From Promethearchaeota archaeon (GTDB taxonomy: Archaea; Asgardarchaeota; Lokiarchaeia; Sigyniarchaeales; SOKP01), in contig RDOA01000023.1 of the NCBI GenBank assembly GCA_011364925.1, positions 1 to 50,005 on the forward strand: a stretch of DNA of 50,005 bases. The letters run 5' to 3'. Below, piece after piece: positions 37,725 through 47,315 of the stretch. The notes beneath the pieces are model-generated. The model had not been told where the DNA came from, searched no databases, and worked only from the letters and a program-made list of their open reading frames with translations. A program made the translations under genes and the position numbers. Position 1 is the first letter of the stretch. Each line of letters starts with the position of its first letter.

Positions 37725-39107
37725 TTGAGTTCACGATTTAGTACAGGTCAAAAATTGAGTTTTGGAATGGGTTCATTTGCCCAGTGGTTTATAAATAGCG
37801 CATTCAATATTTGGGTTTTTACTTACTATTTCACTGTAATAGGTTTAGATGTAAGATGGTATATGCTTGCAGCAGTTTTATGGACTATCTGGAATGCTTT
37901 TAACGATCCCCTAATCGGATTTCTTTCAGATCGAACAAATACTAAATTTGGTCGTAGAAAACCATTTATAATGTTAGGTTCAATCCCGATTATTATCTTG
38001 TATATAATTATTTGGTTACCTCCGCTTCCAGCTGGAGGAAATGAGATCTTTACTTTTCTATATCTCCTGTTAATGCTAATATTATACGACACATTTTATA
38101 CTATGGTTGCTCTCCCCTACGATAGCTTGTTTCCAGAATTATATACGAGTGTTAAAGAAAGATCTCAAGTCAATACTATTAGACAAATTCTTGCAGTTGT
38201 AGGGTTACTTGCTGCTGCCTTGGTACCTGGAATTGTTGTAGCAGGTGAAACAGCTCCTTTAAGCGAACAAAGGTTTTCTTATTTTTTAAACGGTGTAATA
38301 ACTGCAATTATAATCGGAGTTTCATTGCTAGTATCACTAAAATGGGGCGTAAAAGAACGTAAGGAATTTAAGTTAGACTATCAGCAACAACCTAAATTCA
38401 TCCAAAGCTTCAAATATGCAATGAAAAATAAAGGATTTGTGCTTTATACGATCATGTTTTTCCTTTATGAATATATATTGCTGCTACTTGCTACATTAAT
38501 TCAAATTTTTGGTAGAGAAATCTTAGATGCTTCTCCGTTCGAAACTTCAATATTAATGGGGATTATGTATATAGTCGGTCTAGCTTCTGTTGCATTATGG
38601 AAATGGTTAGATGTTAAAATTGGAAGTAAGAAAGGATATGCAATTGCAATAGTTGCATACTTCTTTGCCTCCTTGCCTCTCATGTTTGTAGATATTTATT
38701 TATTCGCGGTAATAATAGCAGTTTTTATGGGAATTGGATTTGGAGGAATGCTTTATTTTATCTACTTAATTATTGCTGATGTAATTGACGAAGATGAACT
38801 AAAAACTGGAATAAGACGAGAAGGTGCTTTCTTTGGAATTACTAATTTTTTTATGCGGCTATCCATGATTCTTTCTATAGTCACAATTGGGATCGTCTTT
38901 GTCCAAACGGGATGGGAAGTATATAATCCTCTCGTTGATGTAAGATTTGGCCTTCGATTATTATTTATAGTTATACCTGGAATTGCTTTAGGAATCTCTC
39001 TCATATGTTTGTATTTCTTTCCATATTCAAAATCGTATGTGCATGAAATGAAAGAAAAACTTACGGAATTACACGAAAGTAAAATGGGAAAAGTAAAATC
39101 TTCTTAA
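37725..39107 (+). CDS. MFS transporter, GPH (MelB-like) family
   Basis: WNAFNDPLIGFLSDRT..KFGRRKPF and ADVIDEDE..TG.RREG motifs; AGGTGA SD before TTG 37725. Confidence 0.92.
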   Translation: MSSRFSTGQKLSFGMGSFAQWFINSAFNIWVFTYYFTVIGLDVRWYMLAAVLWTIWNAFNDPLIGFLSDRTNTKFGRRKPFIMLGSIPIIILYIIIWLPPLPAGGNEIFTFLYLLLMLILYDTFYTMVALPYDSLFPELYTSVKERSQVNTIRQILAVVGLLAAALVPGIVVAGETAPLSEQRFSYFLNGVITAIIIGVSLLVSLKWGVKERKEFKLDYQQQPKFIQSFKYAMKNKGFVLYTIMFFLYEYILLLLATLIQIFGREILDASPFETSILMGIMYIVGLASVALWKWLDVKIGSKKGYAIAIVAYFFASLPLMFVDIYLFAVIIAVFMGIGFGGMLYFIYLIIADVIDEDELKTGIRREGAFFGITNFFMRLSMILSIVTIGIVFVQTGWEVYNPLVDVRFGLRLLFIVIPGIALGISLICLYFFPYSKSYVHEMKEKLTELHESKMGKVKSS

Positions 39108-39120
39108 AATCTTTATTTTT

Positions 39121-40404
39121 TTATATTTTATTTAGTGCCTGTTCTAAATCCTTAATAAGATCTTGAGGATCTTCCAAACCAACAGAAAATCTAAAATGAG
39201 TGTTCGACAGGTTCATTCTACGTTTTTCCCAAGATGCTAGGTCAATTCCCGTCATAACTGAAGTATATTCAATTAAGGAAGTTGTATCACCTAAAGACAC
39301 CCCAACTTTAATCAATTTAAGCAAATCAATGAATTTATTACATTCATCAACACTTCTTAATTCAAATCCAATCATCCCTCCAAATGAGCTCATCTGTTTT
39401 TTAGCCAATTCATGGTTCGGATGAGATTTTAGTCCGGGATAAATTACACGACTTACTTTAGGGTGATCTTCAAGATATTGGGCAAGTTTCATCGCATTCG
39501 TACAATGGCGTTCCATCCTCAAGCTAAGCGTTCTACACCCTCTTAATATCAACCACGCACTGAATGGATGCATAACTGCTCCTTGGGTTTCCAACCAAAA
39601 ATACCTTATATTTAACAGTTCGTTCTTTGGACCTATTATCGCGCCACCTAATGTGTCTCCGTGGCCGTTAACGAATTTAGTAAGGCTCTCGACAACTAAA
39701 TCTGCTCCCCAACTTAAAGGTTTTTGTAGGGCTGGAGATGCGAAGGTGTTGTCAACAATACATTTGCCACCGACTTCGTGGATTAACGCAGCGCATTGCT
39801 GAATATCTAATATATCTAAATTAGGATTAGAAGGTGTTTCTAAGAATATTAATTTAGTATCTTCGTCAATCGCATTCTTTAATTGACTTAAGTCTCTCAT
39901 GTCAACAACTTTAGTCATATACCCTAATTGAGAATATATATTTGTAAAAAGACGGTATACGCCTGTATATTGATTGGTATGAATAATAATATTTGGTATA
40001 TCTTCTGGATTATTTTGTGGTAGTAAAGCGTTAATCTTCTTTGGTCGAATCCTTTCTACTCGTTTTTGAAGTATACTTGAACAAGCCAAATGGACAGCTG
40101 CCATCCCTGATGCTACAGAAACTGCCGACTCCCCTCCATGTAACGTCGATAACTTTTGATCCAAAGCGTATAAATTTGGATTTTCTGTTCGCGAATAACT
40201 ATAATGATTTTCAAGTAACTCTGAAAGAGAGGAATAAGCATAAGATTTAGTTGAATACAGAGGGATTCGCAAACTTCCAGAAGCTGTTGGATAAGGATCT
40301 TCCCCAGCTCTTCCTTGTTGAGTATCAAACTGCAGTTTATCCCATTTTTCCCTCGACTTCTTATATTTTTGATCTGGAGTTTCCGTTTTCTTTTCGCCTG
40401 TCAT
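39121..40404 (-). CDS. PLP-dependent trans-sulfuration family enzyme (Met gamma-lyase / cystathionine gamma-synthase-like)
   Basis: YSR..NP, ASGMAA, ETPSNP, VDNTF, SLTK (PLP Lys), VSLG and RFSVGLE motifs. Confidence 0.9.
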   Translation of the reverse strand: MTGEKKTETPDQKYKKSREKWDKLQFDTQQGRAGEDPYPTASGSLRIPLYSTKSYAYSSLSELLENHYSYSRTENPNLYALDQKLSTLHGGESAVSVASGMAAVHLACSSILQKRVERIRPKKINALLPQNNPEDIPNIIIHTNQYTGVYRLFTNIYSQLGYMTKVVDMRDLSQLKNAIDEDTKLIFLETPSNPNLDILDIQQCAALIHEVGGKCIVDNTFASPALQKPLSWGADLVVESLTKFVNGHGDTLGGAIIGPKNELLNIRYFWLETQGAVMHPFSAWLILRGCRTLSLRMERHCTNAMKLAQYLEDHPKVSRVIYPGLKSHPNHELAKKQMSSFGGMIGFELRSVDECNKFIDLLKLIKVGVSLGDTTSLIEYTSVMTGIDLASWEKRRMNLSNTHFRFSVGLEDPQDLIKDLEQALNKI

Positions 40405-40406
40405 GT

Positions 40407-41915
40407 TTAATCCGCTCCTCCATTTACAATTTTAGGAACATTCATGTCATCCATTTCTTCAGCCTTGCGAAAATCATCGTAAGTTCGAGAAGATACGGTT
40501 TTAAAATATTGTTCGAACTTCCTTTCAACCTCCTGAGAAATTCCAGGACCCTTTTGAGTTTCAAGAATCGAATCAACCTTGGCTCTAGCTCTCTCAATTA
40601 TGTCTTTAGCTCCATTTTTCTGCCAAACACCACGGCGATCCCTATCTACTAATTTAGGAACATACAGCTCTTTTCGAGTATTTTTAGCTGTGTGTCTTAG
40701 CATCAAGTAATTTTTACCTTCTTCTGCGACTTTAGTTATTTCCTCTATAGCAATGCTCTCGTTGTCAACCCTTATGCCATTAAAACCACGCTTTACTATG
40801 TCGATTAATTCGTCATCGATAACCAACAACTCTAACGCTTCTGATAGAGAAGACTCGTACGTACCTGCACATGTTATGTAATTAATTCCTGCGTTAGCAG
40901 AACAAAATAATGTCATAAACCTCTCAAATCCGTTTTGAATGTCGAAGCATTTGGACTCGGTTACTAAGCCGGGTCCCCTTGAAGGAATGTTGTAAAAACG
41001 AGCTAGCTGGGCAGCACCAATAGTAATTAATCCCGTTTCAATCGATCCCCAAGCAACGTTACCAGTTGGTGGGTCCATTGGAGCGTTCATCGTTGAATAA
41101 AATACTGGACAACCAGGATTGATAAGTTGCGTTAGAGTAATGGACGATAATGTTTCCATGTTTGACTGAACGAGTAATCCTGCTAATGTTACCGGAGCGG
41201 TAGCGCCAGCACTCGCCGCCGGAGCAATGATCGTAGGTTGTTTGTATTTCGCAAAAACAAATAATCCGTTTAATTGAAGCTTGTTTAAAACGAGAGGACT
41301 AACGGGATTGAAAAAGCCTATCAAACGTGGCTTTTGTTTAAGCTCGTTTTCCCCACCTACTACAATCGAGGTAAGATTCATCATATCCTGTGAAGCAACG
41401 CGCCCTAAACATCCTAAACCGTACGGTTTGGTGCTATTAGTTGCCCACGCTTTTATTGCATGGTAATGCAGTTCTAAATACGGAACATCGTTAGGCCACA
41501 CATCTACATGTGAACACATAATGTTTTTCAATGTATCTACTATACGAATTTGCTTAACGGTATCTGCTAAATCTGTTTTTCGAACTCCTTTTTTCTTAGA
41601 CGGATCGTAGATCTTAACAGGAGTACCTACTGTCGCAAAATTAATAGTATTGGTATTTACTTCAAAACTAAACGAACCGTCAGATCCCCATAATGTGAAT
41701 TTATTAGGTACGTGTTTTAGTTGTTCGGATATCAATTCTTCAGGAAATTTCACAAAATAATTAGTGTCATCAACAAATGCTCCGTTCTCCTTTAAAAGAT
41801 TGCGTGCTTCTTCGGATTCAACTTTGATTCCTACTTTTTCTAAGAGTTTTAGCGATTCTCCATGTATTAATTCAATTTCGTCATTTTCTAATACTGTTAG
41901 TTTATTCAATTTCAT
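40407..41915 (-). CDS. Trimethylamine methyltransferase (MttB) family protein, non-pyrrolysine
   Basis: IH..SL.LL..VGI, GATAPVTLAG and IPSRGPGLVTESK..D.QNG.E motifs. Confidence 0.9.
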   Translation of the reverse strand: MKLNKLTVLENDEIELIHGESLKLLEKVGIKVESEEARNLLKENGAFVDDTNYFVKFPEELISEQLKHVPNKFTLWGSDGSFSFEVNTNTINFATVGTPVKIYDPSKKKGVRKTDLADTVKQIRIVDTLKNIMCSHVDVWPNDVPYLELHYHAIKAWATNSTKPYGLGCLGRVASQDMMNLTSIVVGGENELKQKPRLIGFFNPVSPLVLNKLQLNGLFVFAKYKQPTIIAPAASAGATAPVTLAGLLVQSNMETLSSITLTQLINPGCPVFYSTMNAPMDPPTGNVAWGSIETGLITIGAAQLARFYNIPSRGPGLVTESKCFDIQNGFERFMTLFCSANAGINYITCAGTYESSLSEALELLVIDDELIDIVKRGFNGIRVDNESIAIEEITKVAEEGKNYLMLRHTAKNTRKELYVPKLVDRDRRGVWQKNGAKDIIERARAKVDSILETQKGPGISQEVERKFEQYFKTVSSRTYDDFRKAEEMDDMNVPKIVNGGAD

Positions 41916-41968
41916 TGTTCTTCAATCTCAAAAATCAATAAGAGGAGTTATTCTAATCTAATAAAACA

Positions 41969-42685
41969 ATGGTTTATGAAAAACTTTTTTTTCAAATGAA
42001 TATATCATGTAACAAAAAAAAAGTTAAACAAGCTGTAAATATAGTGTCAATAAAAGAAAAAATCCAAGGACTGGTTGTAGAATGGGATACTGATGGTTTG
42101 AAGGATTACTGTCGGTCGCTTCTGAAAAATAATGAAGAATCAGCTTCTGATTTGTTAAAAATAATTGGAGATGTCATGAAATTTGTAGGGGATCAATTTG
42201 AAGAAGAAGAAATCTTTCTCCCCGAGTTAATTGGGTCTGCTGAGACTGTTAAAGCTGCTATCGATGAAGTGTTAGACCCTGCAATTCGGGCAAGCGGAGA
42301 AGAGAAAGAAACGATGGGTAAAGTCGTAATTGGAACGGTAGAAAGCGATGTTCATAGCATTGGTAAAGACCTTGTTGGTTCTTTTCTATTTTCCAACGGT
42401 TTTGAAGTGTATAATTTAGGTGTTGAAGTAACGGCTGATCAGTTCATTTCGAAAGCAGAAGAAGTAGGTGCAAATGTTATAGGATTATCTTCTCTGCTAA
42501 CAATGTCAATGGACTTCCAAAAAGAAGTTATTGAAGAACTCAAAAAACGAGGTTTAAGAGATAAATATAAAGTTATAGTGGGTGGAGCTCCTACTTCAGA
42601 AGATTGGGCGGAAAAAATAGGTGCTGACGGGTGGGCTGACGATGCGATTGAAGCTGTAGAACTAATTAAGCGAATACTAAAATAG
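41969..42685 (+). CDS. Corrinoid (B12-binding) methyltransferase cognate protein; true start possibly GTG 42044
   Basis: FLPEL, GTVESDVHSIGK, SSLLT and VGGAP motifs. Confidence 0.92.
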   Translation: MVYEKLFFQMNISCNKKKVKQAVNIVSIKEKIQGLVVEWDTDGLKDYCRSLLKNNEESASDLLKIIGDVMKFVGDQFEEEEIFLPELIGSAETVKAAIDEVLDPAIRASGEEKETMGKVVIGTVESDVHSIGKDLVGSFLFSNGFEVYNLGVEVTADQFISKAEEVGANVIGLSSLLTMSMDFQKEVIEELKKRGLRDKYKVIVGGAPTSEDWAEKIGADGWADDAIEAVELIKRILK

Positions 42686-44224
42686 GTGTCAAAAACCATG
42701 AAATTGAAAAAAGTTGAAGTTTTTACAAAAGACGAATTAGAAGCAATTCACGATGCTTCGATGACACTCTTATCTGAAGTTGGGATTAAAATCGATGCTC
42801 AAGAAGCAAGGGATATTCTAAAGGAGAACGGAGCAATCGTTGATGACACTAATTATTTTGTGAAATTTCCGGAATCTATGGTAAAAGAAAAGCTAAAAAC
42901 GGTCCCAGACTCGTTCAAACTTTATGGTCCAGACGGATCGTTTAGTTTTGAAGTAAACACGCAGCAAACTCAATTTGGAACGATTGGTACGCCGGTTAAG
43001 ATCTACGACCCATCTGAAAAGAAGGGAGTTCGAAAGACTATGATGGAAGATACGATACAACAGATTAAAGTCGTTGATTGTTTGGAGAACATCGTGTGTT
43101 CTCATATAGATGTGTGGCCTAACGATGTTTCCTATATTACAATTCACTCCGAATGCATATACCAGTGGGTTAAAAACACTAAAAAACCTTACGGTTTGGG
43201 CTGCCTTGGCAGATTAGCTTCCCAAGATATGATGAATATGGCATCTATTATTGTAGGGGATGACGACGAACTAATTAAAAAACCGAGGTTTATCGGGTTT
43301 ATGAACCCTACTAGCCCTCTTCATCTACCGGTGTTAATGACGAATGGTTTCGAGATTTTCGCAAAATATAAGCAACCTACAATTATTGCTCCTGAAGCAC
43401 TAGCAGGAGCTTCTGCTCCTGTTACACTTGCAGGATTATTGACCCAAACAAACGCAGAAATTATAGGTAGCGCAGTGTTATCTCAAGTCTTCAACCCTGG
43501 TACCCCCATCTTTTTTGGAACTGTTTCGCACATTACAGACATGAGAACGGGGAATTCGGCTATGGGTTCGGTGGAAATGGGATTAATCACCGCAGGAATC
43601 GCACAACTCGCAAGACATTATAACATTCCCTCTCGAGGTCCAGGCGCAGGAACTGATTCAAAACTCTTGGATCTGCAAAATGGTTATGAACGCTTACAGA
43701 CTCTTATGCTAGCAGCTCAAGCTGGAGTGAATTATATCACTTGCGCTGGAACCTATGAAGCTACGTTAGTAGAAGCGTTAGAGTTGTTAGTAATTGACGA
43801 CGATTTAGCAGGAATGGTAAAAAGAGCAATCGAAGGCATTACTGTTAATGAGGATACGATCGGATTAGATGTAATTAAGAAGGTAGCGACAAGCGATGTT
43901 AAAGGAGTTAACTTTCTTGCTGAAAATCACACGCGTAAACACATGAAATCCGAGCTTTACATGCCTCGATTAGCAAATAGAGCGAGAAGATCAACGTGGA
44001 TTAAAAAGGGTGGAATAGATATCGTTCAAATGGCGAGAGAAAAAGTCAACCAGATTCTAAATGAGCATCAACCAAATGAATTAGATACTCAAATGGAAGC
44101 ACAACTTAAAGATTATATGAAGAAAGTAAGAGAAAGGTCCTTTGACGATTATAGAAAAGCTGAAGGACTAATGGTTGATAGTGTAACTCTACCAGATGGA
44201 ATTGAGATACGAGAAGACAAATAA
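42686..44224 (+). CDS. Trimethylamine methyltransferase (MttB) family protein, non-pyrrolysine (paralog; start possibly ATG 42698)
   Basis: GASAPVTLAG and IPSRGPGAGTDSK..D.QNG.E motifs; clearly similar to 40407-41915. Confidence 0.9.
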   Translation: MSKTMKLKKVEVFTKDELEAIHDASMTLLSEVGIKIDAQEARDILKENGAIVDDTNYFVKFPESMVKEKLKTVPDSFKLYGPDGSFSFEVNTQQTQFGTIGTPVKIYDPSEKKGVRKTMMEDTIQQIKVVDCLENIVCSHIDVWPNDVSYITIHSECIYQWVKNTKKPYGLGCLGRLASQDMMNMASIIVGDDDELIKKPRFIGFMNPTSPLHLPVLMTNGFEIFAKYKQPTIIAPEALAGASAPVTLAGLLTQTNAEIIGSAVLSQVFNPGTPIFFGTVSHITDMRTGNSAMGSVEMGLITAGIAQLARHYNIPSRGPGAGTDSKLLDLQNGYERLQTLMLAAQAGVNYITCAGTYEATLVEALELLVIDDDLAGMVKRAIEGITVNEDTIGLDVIKKVATSDVKGVNFLAENHTRKHMKSELYMPRLANRARRSTWIKKGGIDIVQMAREKVNQILNEHQPNELDTQMEAQLKDYMKKVRERSFDDYRKAEGLMVDSVTLPDGIEIREDK

Positions 44225-44241
44225 AAGTCCATACTATAATT

Positions 44242-44949
44242 TCACTTTCTTTTTTTAAATGTTTTTTTGAAGAGTTCTATAAAATCTATTTTTACCAATA
44301 AATACATGAGAATTAAGATTAAATAGAGAGAAATGATGCTTAAAATCCAATTTTCACCTCCTAGAAGGCTACAAATACTAAAAAGATTATAAGCAAAGAT
44401 AAGCATTAAGCTTAATTTTCCCAACCAGCACCAAAAAACAGTTTTAGCAAAACTGTATTTAATGATACCTAAAGGAATCGTTATGAAATCATCGTTTAGA
44501 GGAGTAGCAGCAAAAATATAAATTAAAATCGGTGCTGTTTTTGGATGATCTATTAAGAACAATTGGTATTTATTCAAATTCTGGGTTCGTTCTTCAGATA
44601 TGAATGCTGAAGCGCCTCTTCCTACAATGTAACCACCCATCTCCCCAATCACGCATCCTAAACTGGCAATAAACGCCACAACGATAGGAATAAACGGATT
44701 CATTTGCAAGAAGGGTAAAGAACTATAACATACAACAAATGTATAAGGAGTAGGTATAGGTAAAACATTTCCAATCAGACAAACAAAGAAAGTGATTATC
44801 AATCCCGAAGCTAAGTTTTGGAATTGGGGGTATTTTGATATGTCCTCAATAACATCTCTGTGAGATTTGTTGAGAATGAAATCGATAGAGATAATAGTGA
44901 TTACTATAAGCAAGACAAGAAATATTAGATCAATTCTCTTAAGTTTCAT
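44242..44949 (-). CDS. DedA/VTT (SNARE-associated Golgi-like) membrane protein
   Basis: LPIP, LG..IGE..GY.VGR and ATPL.DD...IPLG motifs. Confidence 0.8.
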   Translation of the reverse strand: MKLKRIDLIFLVLLIVITIISIDFILNKSHRDVIEDISKYPQFQNLASGLIITFFVCLIGNVLPIPTPYTFVVCYSSLPFLQMNPFIPIVVAFIASLGCVIGEMGGYIVGRGASAFISEERTQNLNKYQLFLIDHPKTAPILIYIFAATPLNDDFITIPLGIIKYSFAKTVFWCWLGKLSLMLIFAYNLFSICSLLGGENWILSIISLYLILILMYLLVKIDFIELFKKTFKKRK

Positions 44950-44980
44950 CTAAACCAGAATACTAAATATTTATATTCAT

Positions 44981-45139
44981 TTAAGTAAACGGTAAGGTCA
45001 AAATCACCAAAAAGACACTCACTACGACACTCCCAAACAATATACTAATTAAAATAACACCATTTCTTGAGAGTCTCTTTTTCTTTTTCTTATTATAAGT
45101 CATTCTTTTTTGACTTTGTCTCGATCTCGTTGCATTCAT
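44981..45139 (-). CDS. Small basic tail-anchored membrane protein, 52 aa
   Basis: Manual translation MNATRSRQSQKRMTYNKKKKKRLSRNGVILISILFGSVVVSVFLVILTLPFT; ATG overlaps the upstream stop (ATGA); alternative start at 45103. Confidence 0.6.
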   Translation of the reverse strand: MNATRSRQSQKRMTYNKKKKKRLSRNGVILISILFGSVVVSVFLVILTLPFT

Positions 45140-45909
45140 TTTAACGCATCTAAATCTTTAGCTGATTCTTTTACAATTTTATCGTTCTTTTTTTCTTCCC
45201 TAACGTCGCTTTCTTCTCCCCCGTTCCCTCCAGATCCTTCCATTTTTTCCAGTAATTCGGTGAGAACTACTTTATTATACGAAAGAATCATACGAGAAAC
45301 ATAATTTTCAGCTAGATAATTCCCGTCTTTAATTTCTTCTTTTAACGGAAACAGTTGTTTTTCTTTTATAACAGAGCCTAAATAGTTACGGTCGTATTCA
45401 CGGTAGCCGAAAATATCATTTTTAACTATGACCATTTTTCGTTCGTATCCTGCGGGAATTCCCGCTTTCTCTAAAATTAAGAGTATTTTTTCTCTGGATA
45501 ACTCCTCAAGAAGTTCAAGATCTTTAGCTGTTCCCTCATACGCTGGTCCAGTTTGTTTTAGATCGTAATCAATTTCTTTTTCTAATCCTAGCATGACTAA
45601 AAAAGCGTGAGATTCGTTGTCTTGGTCAACAGCAGTTATTTTAAACGCAATTCCATGCTTATCTCTTATGGGTGGAGCCATTTTTGCTGCAATAAACTTC
45701 ATTCTCGTCGTAGTATTGTACCCGTGCCATAACCATACTCTAAAATGTTGTGGATCTACGAACAGAAGAACAAAATCATCATCTAAAAGGTCTTTTAATT
45801 CAACATCTGGATCTATTATTAACTCTTCGAAATCACCAATCTCATCGTTAAACTGATAAACAATAATCGGTTGGCTTTGTCTACCAATATCCTCTTCTTG
45901 TTTTACCAT
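45136..45909 (-). CDS. Gelsolin-like domain protein with additional C-terminal domain (Asgard 1DGelX-like)
   Basis: LDDDFVLLFVD...VWLWHG..TT.R.KF.A..A..IR...ITAVDQDNES.AF matches the gelsolin repeat pattern. Confidence 0.75.
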   Translation of the reverse strand: MVKQEEDIGRQSQPIIVYQFNDEIGDFEELIIDPDVELKDLLDDDFVLLFVDPQHFRVWLWHGYNTTTRMKFIAAKMAPPIRDKHGIAFKITAVDQDNESHAFLVMLGLEKEIDYDLKQTGPAYEGTAKDLELLEELSREKILLILEKAGIPAGYERKMVIVKNDIFGYREYDRNYLGSVIKEKQLFPLKEEIKDGNYLAENYVSRMILSYNKVVLTELLEKMEGSGGNGGEESDVREEKKNDKIVKESAKDLDALK

Positions 45910-45998
45910 TTTTTTTTCATCACAGTTGCTATTATACTATATTAAATAGCTAGGACTAATAAATTATTATTATTTTTGAAATAAAATTGATTTAACCT

Positions 45999-46793
45999 TC
46001 AAATTAGAAATTCAATTATAGTTCTTAGGACCAAATCTGGTTCTTCTACAAATGGAGCGTGTGCGCTTTCAGGAAATACTTTTAATTGGGAACGAGGTAT
46101 TAGTTCGGCTAGGATGTATGCGTTTTGAGGTGGTACTAATATATCTATCATTCCATGTAAAACCAGCGTAGGGATTTCTAAATTTCTTAACCTATCGGAT
46201 GAATCAAACGATTCTATTGCCTTCGTTTGTCGAATAAAACTTGCTGGATCGATTGGTGATTTTACCATATTCTGAATCGCAAAATTAATGAGTTTTGGAT
46301 TTTTTTCCATGAATTCGTTTGAATAGAAGAGCTTTAAATTATCCTCGGCAATTTCTTCAGGGTCTCTACCATTTCTAGGTTTTTCTAATATTTTCACCAC
46401 TTCAGGAGATGCTACGATCGATTTATTTCCTCCGCAACTCGACGAACACAGTATAAGCTTCTTTACTCCTGTATAATTCAAAGCGTACTCCTGTGCAATG
46501 TATCCACCCATTGAATGTCCAAAAATATAAACATCATCGATGTTTAAAAAATCCAATAAAGCCTTCGCATCCTCTGCTAATGTGCTTATTAAGTAATCTT
46601 CTTTTGGCTCCTCTGATTTTCCTGTGCCTCTGTTATCAAACGCTATGACTTTGAAATGATTCGCTAACTCAGTTAGAAAGTATTTTCCCCACCAACTAAT
46701 GTTTGCCCCAATTCCTAAAATCATCAATAAAGGAAAGCCATCCCCGTAAATTTCATAATATAAATCAAAGTTTTTTATTCTAACTTTAGGCAT
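45999..46793 (-). CDS. Alpha/beta hydrolase
   Basis: FDNRGTG.S, GHSMGG, HG..D.LVP and C-terminal His motifs. Confidence 0.92.
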   Translation of the reverse strand: MPKVRIKNFDLYYEIYGDGFPLLMILGIGANISWWGKYFLTELANHFKVIAFDNRGTGKSEEPKEDYLISTLAEDAKALLDFLNIDDVYIFGHSMGGYIAQEYALNYTGVKKLILCSSSCGGNKSIVASPEVVKILEKPRNGRDPEEIAEDNLKLFYSNEFMEKNPKLINFAIQNMVKSPIDPASFIRQTKAIESFDSSDRLRNLEIPTLVLHGMIDILVPPQNAYILAELIPRSQLKVFPESAHAPFVEEPDLVLRTIIEFLI

Positions 46794-46943
46794 ATAATTT
46801 CTTTATCAAAATTAATATATCAATTTTATTTAAAATCTTAATTTTACCTACTGAAAAGTGCAAAAGATATAAAAATTTCGAGCAATTATATTCTTCAAGC
46901 TAAACCTTTATGAGAATCGATTGTTTTTAATAATTTTTTAAAC

Positions 46944-47028
46944 GCGGGAATTGCCAAGTTTGGTCAAAGGCGCTGGACTCAGAATCCAGTCCCGTAGGGG
47001 TTCGGGAGTTCGAATCTCCCTTCCCGCA
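46944..47028 (+). tRNA. tRNA-Leu(CAG), intronless, CCA not encoded
   Basis: Acceptor stem GCGGGAA/TTCCCGC plus A; anticodon arm CTGGA-CTCAGAA-TCCAG; long variable arm CCC-GTA-GGG; T arm GGGAG-TTCGAAT-CTCCC. Confidence 0.97.
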
Positions 47029-47179
47029 TTTAGTTTCTACACCTCAATTTACAGAATATCAATTAACTAGGTCAATCAAATCGTAGTTAATTTAAAGAAG
47101 GATAATTCTTAAAATTCTAAAAATTGTCGGTCAGTTTTTTCTTTTATATTAACTTATTCGTTCTATATTGTGATTTTTC

Positions 47180-47296
47180 ATGTGGTGGAAAAAAGTAAGA
47201 TTTCCCAAATTTAGGAAAAATAAAAAGAAACCTCAAGAACGAGACGATTATGAGAGAGTATTGTGGCGTCCTACCAATCCGTGGCCATTGCCTTAA
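47180..47296 (+). CDS. Possible 38-aa basic Trp/Pro-rich small protein
   Basis: MWWKKVRFPKFRKNKKKPQERDDYERVLWRPTNPWPLP; GTGA SD-like site and TTTTATAT box upstream. Confidence 0.35.
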   Translation: MWWKKVRFPKFRKNKKKPQERDDYERVLWRPTNPWPLP

Positions 47297-47315
47297 GAAG
47301 AAATAAATCGAAAAT

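Noticed and set aside
39985-40070. ~20-aa insertion in the PLP enzyme as a second, stop-free intron
   Set aside because: No BHB or stem could be built by eye; it is treated as a protein loop insertion.
40407-44224. Pyrrolysine-containing trimethylamine methyltransferases
   Set aside because: No in-frame TAG; the equivalent positions are Val and Gly.
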